Below are positions 17,401 through 27,418 of a stretch of 32,000 nucleotides of DNA, piece by piece. This DNA comes from Erysipelotrichaceae bacterium (lineage in GTDB: Bacteria > Bacillota_I > Bacilli_A > Erysipelotrichales > Erysipelotrichaceae): positions 1,230,001-1,262,000 of the forward strand of contig OY781039.1 in NCBI GenBank assembly GCA_963676105.1. Direction: 5' to 3'. The notes under the pieces are model-generated. The model was not told where the DNA came from and did not search any database. It saw only the letters and a list, made by a program, of their open reading frames with translations. The position numbers were made by a program, and so were the translations under genes. Within the stretch, counting starts at the first letter, position 1, and the number at the start of each line of letters is the position of its first letter.

Positions 17401-20271
17401 ACTTAAAACTTCTAAGATCATTTCAGTTTCACGAGCGAGAAGTTCCATCAAGGTTAAACGTAATTGACGTGTAATTTCTGCTTTGTGCAATTTTTCTTCA
17501 CTAATACGATCTTCTGATACTAAACGATGAGCTAAAGCACGATAAGCTTCGGCTTTTTCTTTCGCATTATCAATCGCTTTTAATGATTTAGTTTCAGCCG
17601 CATTAACTGCTTTGAAGATTTCAGATGAACCTTCATTTAAGAGGTCTAAAACTAACGCTTGTTTTTCTTTGTTGGATGTTGCTTTACGTAAGATTTCATC
17701 TAGACCTTCTTTTTTGCGACGGTCGATAAAACTTTCCGCAACATACAATAAGTATTCATCATACTCAGATGCATCATCAATACTACTTAAACGCATTCTT
17801 TCATCTGAAGGAATGAACTCATCTAAGTTACCCCATTCGATAAGTTCTTTTACTTTATCGACAAGAGGTTCGAAGTTCTTAGTAACATCCTCAGATTCAT
17901 ATTGTTGTAGGATATCGCCAGCAGATGCAGCTTTGAATGGTTTACCCATCAATCCACGTGTACCAGCAAGTTGTGTAAAGTGAGATGCATTACCACGCGC
18001 ACCTGAGATTTTCATCATATTAATTGGATTTTTACGTGGAAGATGTGCTTCTAAGTCTTTTCCAATTTCAGATTTAATTCTATCCCAAAGTAGGGTTACA
18101 TGACGTTCCCATTCACGTGGTGTTAAACGACCACGTTGACGTAGTGACATGAGTTCTGATTCTTTAACCTTACCGTCTTCAACTAACTTGTTTGTATTAG
18201 GTGAAACAACGATATCAGCCAAGGCAACAGTCATACCTGCAACCGTAGAATATTTGAATCCATTGTCTTTAATTTGGTCTAAGATTTGTGAAGTTTTTGA
18301 AGTTCCATAACGGGCAAAGACTTCAGAAATAATGGTTCCTAAATCTTTCTTCTTAACATCACTGGATAAAGGCAATGCTTTTACTGCTTCTTTGACATTT
18401 TGTCCTGGCGCAACGAAATAACGTTGTGGAGTCGCAATAAAGTTTTCTTTAGTGACTTCGTTAATATATGGGAAATCACTTGGGAACATTTCATTTAAGA
18501 TTAACTTACCAACAGTGGTAATTACGAAACTTGCATTTTGTTCAGCTGTGAAAGCATCTTTGTTTAAAGACTTAGCTTTAACTGCTACACGTGAGTGTAA
18601 GTGAACTTGTTTAGCTTCATAAGCCATGATTGCTTCGTTAGTATCTCTAAAGACACGTCCTTCGCTCTCACCAAATTGTTGCCATTTATCAGCTTCTTCA
18701 TGATCACCTAAGGCTCTCATTAAAGCAGCTTTTTCAAAGAATTCGTCAGCGCTTTCTTCCATGGATAGGTAGAAGTTACCCATAACCATATCTTGAGAAG
18801 GTGTAACGATAGGTTTACCATCTTTTGGTCCTAGAATGTTATTAGAACCTAACATCAAGACTTCAGCTTCAGCACGAGCTGCTTCTGAAAGTGGTACGTG
18901 AACCGCCATTTGGTCACCATCGAAGTCAGCATTAAATGCTGGAGTAACGAGTGGGTGAAGACGAATAGCACGTCCTTCTACGAGTTTTGGTTTAAATGCT
19001 TGGATACCTAGTCTATGTAGAGTAGGCGCACGGTTTAATAGAACTGGGTGATCTGCGATAACATCATCGACGATATCCCAAACACGCTCATCTTGTCTTT
19101 CAATAAGCTTTTCAGCTGATTTCGGATTAGATGAAATACCACGATAAACGATTTCGTTGATAACGAAAGGTTTGAAAAGTTGGATAGCCATTTCACGTGG
19201 AATACCACATTCAAACATCTTAAGATCTGGTCCAACAGCGATAACTGAACGACCTGAGAAGTCAACACGTTTACCTAGTAAGTTTTGACGGAAACGACCT
19301 TGTTTACCTTTTAAGCTATGCGAAAGTGATTTTAAGGCACGACCACCAGCACCGGTAACAGCTTTAGAACGACGACCGTTGTCAATTAAAGCATCAACCG
19401 CTTCTTGAAGCATACGTTTTTCATTTTGTACGATAATCGCTGGTGTACCCATATCAATGAGTTTACGTAAACGATTATTACGAGTAATAACACGACGGTA
19501 TAAATCATTTAAATCAGATGTTGCGAAACGTCCACCATCAAGTTGTAGCATTGGACGTAAATCTGGTGGGATAACTGGAAGGATAGAAAGAACCATCCAT
19601 TCAGGTTTATTGTCAGAATTACGGAATGCTTCAATGGTTTCTAAACGTTTGATAAGTTTCTTGCGTTTGTCACCATGGGCATCTTTTAGGCTTTCTAAAA
19701 CATCTTTATGATCTTGTTCAAGATCAACTCTTTCTAAAAGATCTAAGACCGCTTCAGCACCTGTCTTTGCGACAAATGAACCAAAGCCATAACGACGAGA
19801 GTAGTTACGATACTCTTGTTCAGATAAAATTTGCTTAGCTTGAAGAGGTGTTGTTCCTGGATCAATGACAACCCAAGAAACGAAGTATACAACTTCTTCT
19901 AAGTTTTTAGGTGTAATCCCAAGAAGCAATGACATACGACTTGGAATACCACGTAGATACCAAATATGGGCAACAGGCGCTGCCAATTCGATATGACCCA
20001 TACGTTCACGACGGACACTTGATTTTGTAACTTCAACGCCACATCGATCACAGACTACGCCTTTATAACGGACCTTTTTATATTTACCGCAATAACATTC
20101 CCAGTCTTTTGATGGACCGAAAATACGTTCACAAAATAAACCATCACGTTCAGGTTTTTGGCTACGGTAATTTATAGTCTCAGGTTTTTTAACTTCACCA
20201 TGAGACCACTCACGGATTTGATCAGGTGAGGCTAATCCGATTTGAATGGATGAGAAATTGTTTATGCTCAT
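14488..20271 (-). CDS. rpoC: DNA-directed RNA polymerase subunit beta-prime, 1927 aa, carrying a ~634-aa lineage-specific insertion
   Basis: Zn ribbon [35 protein letters not shown], catalytic [12 protein letters not shown], bridge helix [26 protein letters not shown] and trigger loop [11 protein letters not shown] are all present in one uninterrupted frame. AGGAGGG SD upstream. Confidence 0.98.
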   Translation of the reverse strand: MSINNFSSIQIGLASPDQIREWSHGEVKKPETINYRSQKPERDGLFCERIFGPSKDWECYCGKYKKVRYKGVVCDRCGVEVTKSSVRRERMGHIELAAPVAHIWYLRGIPSRMSLLLGITPKNLEEVVYFVSWVVIDPGTTPLQAKQILSEQEYRNYSRRYGFGSFVAKTGAEAVLDLLERVDLEQDHKDVLESLKDAHGDKRKKLIKRLETIEAFRNSDNKPEWMVLSILPVIPPDLRPMLQLDGGRFATSDLNDLYRRVITRNNRLRKLIDMGTPAIIVQNEKRMLQEAVDALIDNGRRSKAVTGAGGRALKSLSHSLKGKQGRFRQNLLGKRVDFSGRSVIAVGPDLKMFECGIPREMAIQLFKPFVINEIVYRGISSNPKSAEKLIERQDERVWDIVDDVIADHPVLLNRAPTLHRLGIQAFKPKLVEGRAIRLHPLVTPAFNADFDGDQMAVHVPLSEAARAEAEVLMLGSNNILGPKDGKPIVTPSQDMVMGNFYLSMEESADEFFEKAALMRALGDHEEADKWQQFGESEGRVFRDTNEAIMAYEAKQVHLHSRVAVKAKSLNKDAFTAEQNASFVITTVGKLILNEMFPSDFPYINEVTKENFIATPQRYFVAPGQNVKEAVKALPLSSDVKKKDLGTIISEVFARYGTSKTSQILDQIKDNGFKYSTVAGMTVALADIVVSPNTNKLVEDGKVKESELMSLRQRGRLTPREWERHVTLLWDRIKSEIGKDLEAHLPRKNPINMMKISGARGNASHFTQLAGTRGLMGKPFKAASAGDILQQYESEDVTKNFEPLVDKVKELIEWGNLDEFIPSDERMRLSSIDDASEYDEYLLYVAESFIDRRKKEGLDEILRKATSNKEKQALVLDLLNEGSSEIFKAVNAAETKSLKAIDNAKEKAEAYRALAHRLVSEDRISEEKLHKAEITRQLRLTLMELLARETEMILEVLSSEQIQQLKLINKSKNHAELKEFALNLMNGDELNIKHLHQAHMAMSVPELLKRHLEKENPFIKNLTANRDVDGLRTLKANREEYINTLAEHLVDENRVTMSELQKLEGDLRKEKRALLTEHLTLGTEEITNLLSEDDQLVLATVKGKKQRAEEIKPMVDELMGSEALTQNILDRAELRTVIVDGLKVSDEMILDRLSEEEKDLLVGAKDKKSKAETIKTLSDSLLDTNRFSLEDLETFQNIKALIEKTVSFLEARNYTLIETIKEYIDVDSLTRKSIPMAATTLVQNNRVDEAFLEDLEYRSIIIEMLVSSADEITPLLGPIQHQILAEAKGKDMQLINQVVDGLLEEEKITPELIAKYQRRELIAKSKKLIQAESERILKHLTQEELDLLNKNDLDLENGFYELAKKLIDSNKLSYNRFLEIKDNDVSHSVDSGAVETYDAVKTEAIRERKYITSIFEVPIYSSFRHGLNVSEFFISTHGVRKGLTDTALKTAESGYLTRRLVDVAQDVMISEEDCGTDRGEVIQDIVDRKTNTVIESIYDRLIGRTLKDDIIHPTTGEVLVEGDTLVTEAQARAVVEAGVKSAVIRNVFTCDATYGVCKKCYGRNMATGKEVEIGEAVGIMAAQSIGEPGTQLTMRTFHTGGVAGGDGGDITQGLPRVEELFEARRPKKPALLSKISGTITSIEGVDPNIYSYLLSVINNEESKFQNIRDLESFKSTEQESRGNKDLLMKIVVTNEKESVEHFASMTQHIRPWIKEGYEIEAGDKLTEDHIDPKELLEVGGVHAVQEYIMKEVKKVYQSQGIEISDKHIEVMVKQMMRKVVVTDGQDTHLSAGIQLSLANITNLNRKALLSGKRPAKFKPVLLGISKSSVETDSFLSAASFQETTKVLTDAAIKGKVDHLMGLKENVIIGKKIPAGTGSFAERESSVRIEEMAAEMKEDRDERNRIMEEEAQSLPPEMLRDSREEQTEE
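16078..17619 (-). repeat. Eight tandem diverged ~61-67-aa protein repeats inside the rpoC insertion (protein-level periodicity, not DNA-level)
   Basis: Units start at aa 885, 952, 1018, 1085, 1148, 1216, 1271 and 1335. Each starts with Ile, as in I-L/T-x-x-L-S/T-x-E-E-x-x-L-L. About 30 aa later each has x-L-(V/L/M/I)-(D/S/N/G/E/Q)-x-(N/D/E)-(R/K/A/E)-(V/I/F/L)-(S/T/D/N)-x-x-x-L-x-x-x-(E/Q/H/K). Examples: [51 protein letters not shown]. Confidence 0.8.
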
Positions 20272-20286
20272 ATGTTTCTAGCCCTC

Positions 20287-23200
20287 CTACTCTTCATCGC
20301 CGCTTGGCGCAAGATCGTCATCTGCACCGACTACTGCGGCTTCTGCGATAAATTCATCGTCGTTCACAAGTTCATTAGTTGATGTTAAGTTCACATCATA
20401 GTCAGCACTTGTGTCTTCGACTTCCATCTTCTTAATATCGACTTCATCGCCATCATCGCTTAATAATTTTACGTCGATAGCTAAAGCATTTAATTCATGT
20501 TTAAGCACTCTGAATGATTCTGGAACACCAGGTTCTGGAATATCTTTACCTTTAATAATGGCTTCATAGGTTTTTGTACGACCCATGATGTCATCGGATT
20601 TAATGGTTAAGATTTCTTGTAGGGTATGAGATGCCCCATAAGCTTCAAGTGCCCAAACTTCCATTTCCCCGAAACGTTGACCACCATTTTGTGCTTTACC
20701 ACCTAATGGTTGTTGCGTAACAAGTGAGTAAGGACCTGTTGCACGTGCATGTAGTTTATCGTCAACCATGTGAGCTAACTTAATCATGTACATGACACCG
20801 ACTGAAATTCTTTCATCAAATGGTTCACCGGTACGTCCATCATAAAGAATGGTTTTACCGTCTTCTGCCATTTCAGCTTCAGCCATAATTTCTTTAAGTT
20901 CTTCGTTGTTGATACCATCGAAAACTGGTGTAGCGAATTTAACACCAAGTTTTTGCGCTGCAAAACCTAGGTGAATTTCAAGTACTTGCCCAATGTTCAT
21001 ACGTGATGGAACACCAAATGGGTTCAACATAATATCAACTTGTGATCCATCAGGTAGGAATGGCATATCTTCAACCGGTAAGATTTTAGAGATAACCCCT
21101 TTATTACCGTGACGTCCAGCCATTTTATCCCCTTCAGAGATTTTACGTTTTTGAACGATATAAATTTTAACAACTTCATTGACACCTGGAGGTAAGTCGT
21201 GTCCTTCAGAACGTTTGAAGATTCTGATTGATTGAACAATACCGCTACCCCCATGTGGAACTTTAAGCGAGTTATCGCGTACTTCACGTGATTTATCACC
21301 AAAGATTGCGAGTAATAATTTTTCTTCAGGAGAAATTTCAGATTGACCCTTAGGTGTAACTTTACCAACTAAGACGTCACCTTCTTTAACTTCTGCCCCA
21401 ATCATAACAATCCCGCGTGCATCTAAGTGTCTGCAAGATTCTTGGGATACGTTAGGAATATCACGTGTGATTTCTTCAGGACCAAGCTTAGTATCACGAA
21501 CTTCAATATCATATTCTTCAATATGGATTGAGGTATATACATCTTCTTTAACAAGACGCTCACTCATGATAACCGCATCTTCGTAGTTATAACCATACCA
21601 GGTCATAAATGCGATACGTACGTTTTGACCTAAAGCCAATTCACCATCTTCCATCGCAGGTCCATCAGCTAAGATGTCACCACGATTAACCATTTCACCT
21701 TTACGTACTAAAGGTTTTTGGTTGATACATGTTCCTTGGTTAGAACGTTTGAATTTTTGTAGGTGATAAACTTTTTCACCAAAATCACCTGTTGTGACAA
21801 TCTTATTGGCATCAACATAAGTAACCATACCCTGTTGAGTTGCGGTTACAGCTGAACCTGAGTCACGAGCGATACGGTGTTCAATACCTGTTCCAACATT
21901 TGGTGAATGTGGACGTAGTAGAGGAATTGCTTGACGTTGCATGTTAGCACCCATTAAGGCACGTGATGCATCATCGTTTTCTAAGTAAGGAATACATGCA
22001 GTCGCAACCGAAACAATTTGTTTCGGACTAACGTCTGCCAATTCTACATTTTCTTTTTTAGTTAAGATATGGTCGCCTTTAAAACGAACAACAACTTCAT
22101 CGTTGATGAGTTTTCCATCCATAACTTCATTCGCTTGAGCAATGTAGTAATCACGTTCATCATCAGATGATAAGTAAATAACATCTTCACTAACATTTCC
22201 ATCTTTATCGACGATACGATATGGCGTTTGAATGAAACCATATTCATTTACACGTCCATAAGAAGTTAAGTTAGAAATCAGACCAATGTTTGGTCCTTCA
22301 GGTGTTTCAATCGGACAGATACGGCCATAGTGACTTGAGTGAACATCACGAACTTCAAAGCCAGCACGCTCACGAGTCAAACCACCTGGACCTAAAGCTG
22401 AAATACGACGTTTATTAGTCAACTCAGCAAGTGGATTGGTTTGATCCATAAATTGTGATAATTGAGATGAAGAGAAGAACTCTTTAATCGCCGCAGTTAA
22501 AGGACGAATATTCGTTAGAGTTTTTGGGGTTAAGTTTGTAAAGTCAGTAATAGACATACGCTCTTTAACAACTCTTTCCATACGACTTAAACCGATACGG
22601 AATTGGTTTTGAATAAGTTCCCCTACGGTACGGATACGACGGTTACCAAGTTGATCGATATCATCTGTTTCGCCCACACCATCTTGTAGGTTTAATAGGT
22701 AATCAAAAGAAGCAATCATATCACTCATGGTGACTGTTTTCTTAATCATAAGTGGGTCAGTACCAATCGCACGAACCACTTTAGTGCTTTCCTTAGCGTA
22801 AACTTCTAAAGTTTGAACCGCTGCCCCAATTAACCAAGCATTAACAGTTGTTTTACCGTTAACCGCATTAACTAAAGCTTGTTCTTGATCAGATTTAAGT
22901 TTAGAAATTTGTGTATCAGGCATATAACGATCAACTAAGAGTTCGCCACTTGAAGTTAAAACATCTTGATCTTTCGCTGTAATACGACCTAAGACAAATA
23001 GACGCTGACCATAATTTAAGACAGCACGAACATTGGTTTTATCTAATTCCACTTTACGTGCAATTAATCCACCAAAGATTTCAATTTCTGAGAATGTTTT
23101 TGCGATCGCATCAACATCTTTTTCATTTAAGACTGTACCAGCTGTGAAATCAGTACCTGGTAAATCATCCGCTAAGATACGACCAATTAAAGCAGGTTTA

Positions 23201-24462
23201 ATCTTAGTTGATACAGTTACGTTTTCAGGGTAAGCAAATAAGGAATTAAATGGATAAGCCTCCATGTATAAACCTTTTGCCATATTTTCTTGAAGAATAA
23301 CTTTTTCTTTACGATCAACTAATGTATCTTTCGCTAAGACTACATTACCGTTTTCATCTAAAACATCTTGAGCTAAGACGTTATTGATCATACGGTTTGT
23401 GATACCTAATTTTTTACCAAGTTTAAAACGACCAGCACGTGTTAAGTCATAACGACGTGCATCAAAGAATTTTGCACGCATGAGGTTGATCGCACCTTCT
23501 TCAGTTGCGATTTCGTCACTACGTTGGTTGTTGTAGATTTCGTAAAGTGCTTCTTTAGTTGTTTTGACTTTATCTGATACTAAAGTATTGATAACTTCTG
23601 GGTACTCACCAAAGAATGCAGTATATAGAAGTAAGTAAATGTTTAAAAACTCACTTGGTTCAACTTCCATAAACAAGTCATAAACAGGTAAGTTTAATGC
23701 TTGTAGGAAGATTTTAAAAGCTGATGTATCAAAGGCATCTTCACCACGTTCTAAATCAAGTGAAAAACCGATCGCTTTGAATAGGATGGTTGATAAGATT
23801 TTACGTTTACGATCGATAGACACATTTAAGTGGAAATCGGATGTCGCTTGTGATGTATTTTCACCGGTATAAGTGACTTGAGGTGTACTGGTTTTCTTAA
23901 ACGCAGTCATGAACTCTAACCATGTCCCACGTGATGGGATGAGTTCACTCTTGTAAACCTCTTCTAAGTTCGCATCTTTATCCTTCATATAGAAAGAGTC
24001 ATAGTATGCACCTGGTGAACGTACGATTTGAGAAACAATTACACGTTCCGCTCCATTAATAATGAAGGTACCAGTATCTGTCATTAAAGGGAATTCTCCT
24101 AAGAAAACTTCTTCATGACGTTCAGTGATTTCACCTGTTGTAGGATTTGTCATTTCTAACATCATCGTCGCTTTTAAAGGCGCCGCAAAGTTAGCTTCTC
24201 TTTCCTTACATTCAGGGACTGAATATTTTGGCTCTGCGAATTCATATTTTAAGAAGTTTAAGCGAATGTTTCCGGTATAGTTAGTAATCGGATAAATCTC
24301 TTGAAAAACTTCTTGAATTCCTTCGTTTTTAAACCAATCAAATGAGTCCGTTTGGATCTCAACTAGATCGGGCAATTCTAAGCTACCGCTGACTTTTGAG
24401 TAATCTCTACGCTTTGCTTTGTTACCAAATTCAAGTACGCGATATGTCTTGTTTTTTTCCAT
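20287..24462 (-). CDS. rpoB: DNA-directed RNA polymerase subunit beta (about 1391 aa)
   Basis: Canonical beta motifs are present: the Rif cluster [34 protein letters not shown], plus GRHGNKGV and NMQRQA. The likely start is the ATG at 24462 ([13 protein letters not shown]) with GAAAGGA 8 nt upstream. The tracked ORF begins at a TTG at 24489 with no SD. Confidence 0.97.
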   Translation of the reverse strand: MEKNKTYRVLEFGNKAKRRDYSKVSGSLELPDLVEIQTDSFDWFKNEGIQEVFQEIYPITNYTGNIRLNFLKYEFAEPKYSVPECKEREANFAAPLKATMMLEMTNPTTGEITERHEEVFLGEFPLMTDTGTFIINGAERVIVSQIVRSPGAYYDSFYMKDKDANLEEVYKSELIPSRGTWLEFMTAFKKTSTPQVTYTGENTSQATSDFHLNVSIDRKRKILSTILFKAIGFSLDLERGEDAFDTSAFKIFLQALNLPVYDLFMEVEPSEFLNIYLLLYTAFFGEYPEVINTLVSDKVKTTKEALYEIYNNQRSDEIATEEGAINLMRAKFFDARRYDLTRAGRFKLGKKLGITNRMINNVLAQDVLDENGNVVLAKDTLVDRKEKVILQENMAKGLYMEAYPFNSLFAYPENVTVSTKIKPALIGRILADDLPGTDFTAGTVLNEKDVDAIAKTFSEIEIFGGLIARKVELDKTNVRAVLNYGQRLFVLGRITAKDQDVLTSSGELLVDRYMPDTQISKLKSDQEQALVNAVNGKTTVNAWLIGAAVQTLEVYAKESTKVVRAIGTDPLMIKKTVTMSDMIASFDYLLNLQDGVGETDDIDQLGNRRIRTVGELIQNQFRIGLSRMERVVKERMSITDFTNLTPKTLTNIRPLTAAIKEFFSSSQLSQFMDQTNPLAELTNKRRISALGPGGLTRERAGFEVRDVHSSHYGRICPIETPEGPNIGLISNLTSYGRVNEYGFIQTPYRIVDKDGNVSEDVIYLSSDDERDYYIAQANEVMDGKLINDEVVVRFKGDHILTKKENVELADVSPKQIVSVATACIPYLENDDASRALMGANMQRQAIPLLRPHSPNVGTGIEHRIARDSGSAVTATQQGMVTYVDANKIVTTGDFGEKVYHLQKFKRSNQGTCINQKPLVRKGEMVNRGDILADGPAMEDGELALGQNVRIAFMTWYGYNYEDAVIMSERLVKEDVYTSIHIEEYDIEVRDTKLGPEEITRDIPNVSQESCRHLDARGIVMIGAEVKEGDVLVGKVTPKGQSEISPEEKLLLAIFGDKSREVRDNSLKVPHGGSGIVQSIRIFKRSEGHDLPPGVNEVVKIYIVQKRKISEGDKMAGRHGNKGVISKILPVEDMPFLPDGSQVDIMLNPFGVPSRMNIGQVLEIHLGFAAQKLGVKFATPVFDGINNEELKEIMAEAEMAEDGKTILYDGRTGEPFDERISVGVMYMIKLAHMVDDKLHARATGPYSLVTQQPLGGKAQNGGQRFGEMEVWALEAYGASHTLQEILTIKSDDIMGRTKTYEAIIKGKDIPEPGVPESFRVLKHELNALAIDVKLLSDDGDEVDIKKMEVEDTSADYDVNLTSTNELVNDDEFIAEAAVVGADDDLAPSGDEE

Positions 24463-24562
24463 TAATGCCATCCTTTCAAAGTTAAACAACGACTAAAATG
24501 GGCATGTTATCCCATTCTATCATTATTAGTTTTATGCAATATATAATACTATCAAATCAGTT

Positions 24563-25165
24563 TTATAAAGTCAACGGATTTTTTGCAATCCAGACTTCAT
24601 ATCCTTTCTTTAAAACACAACGTTCACAATGTTCGAATAATGTTTGAACATGCTTTACCGCTGAAGCAACCCCTTGTTGACGTCGTATGACGAAATACAA
24701 GTGTCCTTCAGGTTTTAAATGTTTTTGTGCTGTACTTAGGAAATTGAAGACAACATCCTTACCAGCACGGATTGGAGGATTAGTTATTATCACATCATAC
24801 TTTCCTTCAACATCAACACACCCGTCTCCTTCATAGAAATGAAGATTTAAATTAAGGTTCTTAGCACTCACTTGCGCACAATCTAGTGCACGAGGATTAA
24901 TCTCAATGCCAGTTACTTCAACATCACTTAAGTGTTGTTTCAGAAGAATTGACATTAAGCCATAACCACTGCCCATATCTAATATAGATCCAGTTTCATT
25001 TCGTTTAATGACTTCTTCTACTAAAAGTAAAGAACCAAAGTCTGCTTTATCTTTTGAGAAGATTCCATCATCGACTGTAAAGGTCGATAGAATGCCCAAA
25101 AACCGGAAAGAAATTTCCTTCCGGTTTTGGATGATGTTTTTTGGTTTTGAAAAGTAATGTGTCAA
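24563..25165 (-). CDS. Class I SAM-dependent methyltransferase (RsmC/YbxB-like small methyltransferase)
   Basis: 200-aa ORF with the SAM motif ILDMGSGYGLMS and the NPPIRAGK (N/D-PP-x) motif. TTG start with an AAAGGAGG SD 8 nt upstream. It occupies the rplL-rpoB slot that ybxB holds in Bacillus subtilis. Confidence 0.8.
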   Translation of the reverse strand: MTHYFSKPKNIIQNRKEISFRFLGILSTFTVDDGIFSKDKADFGSLLLVEEVIKRNETGSILDMGSGYGLMSILLKQHLSDVEVTGIEINPRALDCAQVSAKNLNLNLHFYEGDGCVDVEGKYDVIITNPPIRAGKDVVFNFLSTAQKHLKPEGHLYFVIRRQQGVASAVKHVQTLFEHCERCVLKKGYEVWIAKNPLTL

Positions 25166-25206
25166 ACCCTTCGCCTCCTTTCACAAACTACATTTGTGAA
25201 TGAAAA

Positions 25207-25578
25207 CTATTTGATTTCGACGACAGCTTCTGCTTCTTCGAGTTTTGCTTTTACTTCTTCTGCAACTTCAGGAGTTACGCCTTCTTTGATTGCGCTTGGA
25301 GCACCATCAACTAAGCCTTTAGCTTCAACTAAGCCTAAACCAGTTAATTCACGAACTGCTTTAATAACTTTAACTTTTGAAGGTCCAACTTCTTTAAGGA
25401 TAACTGATACTTCAGTTGGTCCTGCTGCTACTTCTTCTGCTGCGCCAGCTGCTGCTGCTACTGGAGCTGCTGCACTAACACCGAATTCTTCTTCGATTGC
25501 TTTGATGAGTTCATTTAACTCAAGAATAGTCATTTCCTTTAGGGATTCAATGACTGCTGCTGTTTCTAATTTTGCCAT
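25207..25578 (-). CDS. rplL: 50S ribosomal protein L7/L12
   Basis: 123-aa ORF with an Ala-rich hinge and a C-terminal domain ([24 protein letters not shown]). Confidence 0.98.
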   Translation of the reverse strand: MAKLETAAVIESLKEMTILELNELIKAIEEEFGVSAAAPVAAAAGAAEEVAAGPTEVSVILKEVGPSKVKVIKAVRELTGLGLVEAKGLVDGAPSAIKEGVTPEVAEEVKAKLEEAEAVVEIK

Positions 25579-25596
25579 TTTTAATTTCTCCTTTAA

Positions 25597-26091
25597 TTAA
25601 GCTTGTTCTTTTTGTTGTGCCACTTGTGATAGGGCATATGCGAATGAACGGACTGGTGATTGCATCATTCCCATAAACATGGAAATCATACCTTCACGGT
25701 TAGGTAATTTCGCAAGATCTTTTAGTTCATCAGCGTTGACGATTTTTCCTTCAACAACACCACTTTTTAGAACTAAGTGTTCGTGTTTCTTAGCAAATTT
25801 CGCTAATACACGAGCTGGCGCTACTGCATCACTACTGAAAGCAAATGCATTAGGACCTGTGAGGCTATCTTTTAAACCATCAAGTTCAGCTGCTTCGACC
25901 GCACGTTGTACGAAGTTGTTCTTCATAACTTTGAAGTCAACACCTTCTTTTAACAACTCACGACGTAGTTCTGTAACTTCGGCAACAGATAGTCCACGAT
26001 ATTCGACAATAACACTAGATGATGCTGCTTTAAACATTTCTGTAATTTCAGCAACACGAGCTTTTTTGGCTTCGAGTATCGTTTGATTCAT
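25597..26091 (-). CDS. rplJ: 50S ribosomal protein L10
   Basis: L10-like sequence. The preferred start is the ATG at 26091 (MNQTILEAKK) with an AAGGAGG SD 9 nt upstream. The tracked ORF starts 2 codons earlier at a TTG. Confidence 0.96.
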   Translation of the reverse strand: MNQTILEAKKARVAEITEMFKAASSSVIVEYRGLSVAEVTELRRELLKEGVDFKVMKNNFVQRAVEAAELDGLKDSLTGPNAFAFSSDAVAPARVLAKFAKKHEHLVLKSGVVEGKIVNADELKDLAKLPNREGMISMFMGMMQSPVRSFAYALSQVAQQKEQA

Positions 26092-26246
26092 GAACAACGT
26101 CCTCCTTTATAAATCCAATAGACGCTTATAGTGAAATAAAAAACTCACGCTTCTTAGTAAAGACAGCGTGAGTAAAAGTTTAAAAGTTCTTTTACACCTC
26201 GGCAACTTTATTAAGCCATTGGCCGTTGCTGTCTTAGGTCTATTGC
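26092..26246 (-). promoter_or_regulatory. rplJ (L10) 5' leader with terminator-type attenuator hairpin
   Basis: A ~155-nt leader between the putative promoter and rplJ. Minus-strand RNA CUCACGC-UGUCUUUACUAAGAA-GCGUGAG (26172-26144) is followed by UUUUUUAUUU. This is consistent with the attenuation-type L10 leader described in Firmicutes. Confidence 0.6.
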
Positions 26247-26252
26247 TTTGTT

Positions 26253-26280
26253 ATTTTAACAAATTACATAAACTTGTCAA
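26253..26280 (-). promoter_or_regulatory. Putative sigma-A promoter for rplJ-rplL (TTGACA-16 nt-TAAAAT)
   Basis: Minus strand reads TTGACA (26280-26275), a 16-nt spacer, then TAAAAT (26258-26253), directly after the rplA terminator T-run. Confidence 0.6.
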
Positions 26281-26281
26281 G

Positions 26282-26301
26282 AAAAAAAGCGATTAAATCG
26301 C
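26282..26301 (-). terminator. Intrinsic terminator downstream of rplA
   Basis: Minus-strand RNA GCGAUUUAAUCGC followed by UUUUUUU, starting 3 nt after the rplA stop. Confidence 0.75.
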
Positions 26302-26303
26302 TT

Positions 26304-26993
26304 TTAGAAACTATTTGTGTCGACTTTAATGCCAGGACCCATAGTCGTAGATAGAACTAAGTTCTTCATATATGTACCCTTAACAGCTGCAGGACGTGCA
26401 CGGTTGATTAATTCAAAGATTGTTTTGATGTTTTCGTTAAGTTTTTCGTCATCGAATGAAACTTTACCTACTAACACTGCAATGTTACCTTCTTTATCAA
26501 CACGGTATTCAACTTTACCTTTTTTGATATCAGTAACAGCTTTTGTAACATCCATTGTAACTGTACCAGTTTTTGGGTTTGGCATTAAGCCTTTAGGACC
26601 TAATACTTTACCTAATTTACCAAGTTCAGCCATCATGTCTGGAGTCGCAACGATAATATCGAAATCGAACCATCCACCTTTGATTTGTTCAAGCATGTCT
26701 TTACCACCAACAAAATCTGCACCAGCATCTTTTGCTTCTTGTTCTTTAGGACCTTGAGTCACGACGAGAACTTTTTGGCTACGACCTGTTCCGTGAGGAA
26801 GTACAACTGCTCCACGGATTTGTTGATCAGCGTGACGTGGATCAACATTTAATTTGAATGATAATTCAACAGAAGCGTCGAATTTAACAGAGTTGATTTC
26901 TTTAGCTAAGCTAATTGCTTCAGCGATTGGATAGGCTTTGTTAGCTTCTACTTTAGCAATAGCTGCTTTGTATTGTTTACCGTGTTTAGCCAT
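26304..26993 (-). CDS. rplA: 50S ribosomal protein L1
   Basis: 229-aa ORF ([16 protein letters not shown]...[10 protein letters not shown]...) canonical for L1. Confidence 0.98.
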   Translation of the reverse strand: MAKHGKQYKAAIAKVEANKAYPIAEAISLAKEINSVKFDASVELSFKLNVDPRHADQQIRGAVVLPHGTGRSQKVLVVTQGPKEQEAKDAGADFVGGKDMLEQIKGGWFDFDIIVATPDMMAELGKLGKVLGPKGLMPNPKTGTVTMDVTKAVTDIKKGKVEYRVDKEGNIAVLVGKVSFDDEKLNENIKTIFELINRARPAAVKGTYMKNLVLSTTMGPGIKVDTNSF

Positions 26994-26995
26994 GA

Positions 26996-27418
26996 CTATT
27001 CACCATACCCTTCAATTGTGATGCCCATGTTACGAGCAGTACCAGCAACGATTGCCATAGCACCTTCGATATCATTAGCATTTAAATCAGGCATTTTATA
27101 TTCCGCAATTTCGCGTAATTGATCTACACTGATTTTTCCAACTTTAGTTACTTTTGCAGAACCACTACCTTTTGAAACTTTAGCAGCTTTCTTTAACATA
27201 ACTGAAGCAGGTGTTGTTTTTAGTACGAAGTCAAATGATTTGTCTTCATAAGCAGTAATAACAACAGGGACAAGTTCCCCTCTACGATCTGCAGTAGCAT
27301 CGTTGAACGCACTACAGAATTGTGGCATGTTGACACCAGCTGAAGCTAGAGCAGGACCAGGTCTTGCGCCACCGCCGTCGAATTGTAATTTGACGACTTT
27401 TGCAATTTTTTTACTCAC
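26996..27418 (-). CDS. rplK: 50S ribosomal protein L11
   Basis: Canonical L11 ([33 protein letters not shown]). The preferred start is the GTG at 27418 with an AAGGAGG SD 8 nt upstream. The 18 upstream codons of the tracked ORF lie in the leader. Confidence 0.95.
   Translation of the reverse strand: MSKKIAKVVKLQFDGGGARPGPALASAGVNMPQFCSAFNDATADRRGELVPVVITAYEDKSFDFVLKTTPASVMLKKAAKVSKGSGSAKVTKVGKISVDQLREIAEYKMPDLNANDIEGAMAIVAGTARNMGITIEGYGE

Noticed and set aside
16036-17937. The rpoC insertion as an intein, a mobile element or a fused foreign gene
   Set aside because: There are no intein junction residues: the insert starts FKAAS and ends KYITS followed by IFEVP, with no Cys/Ser-1, no His-Asn before a +1 nucleophile and no homing-endonuclease motifs. 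There are no inverted repeats, transposase or integrase, and no obvious compositional shift versus the flanks by eye. The frame is continuous with conserved beta-prime on both sides.
14483-19711. Plus-strand ORFs inside rpoC (14483-14704, 14717-15007, 16637-16900, 17612-17983, 19457-19711) and minus-strand off-frame ORFs (15264-15476, 19035-19268)
   Set aside because: They are antisense or off-frame shadows of a highly conserved CDS. Their Ser/Leu/Arg-rich low-complexity products are what antisense of Lys/Glu/Leu-rich coding produces. They have no SD and no independent signals.
21024-23233. Off-frame or antisense ORFs within rpoB (21024-21368, 22062-22247, 23033-23233)
   Set aside because: They are shadows of the rpoB frame, with no start context and no recognisable motifs.
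25157-26757. Long plus-strand ORFs opposite rplL, rplJ and rplA (25157-25600, 25679-26086, 26317-26757)
   Set aside because: They are fully antisense to canonical r-protein genes. The Ala/Ser/Thr-rich translations are typical of the reverse frame of GCN/GAA-rich codons. They have no RBS or promoter.
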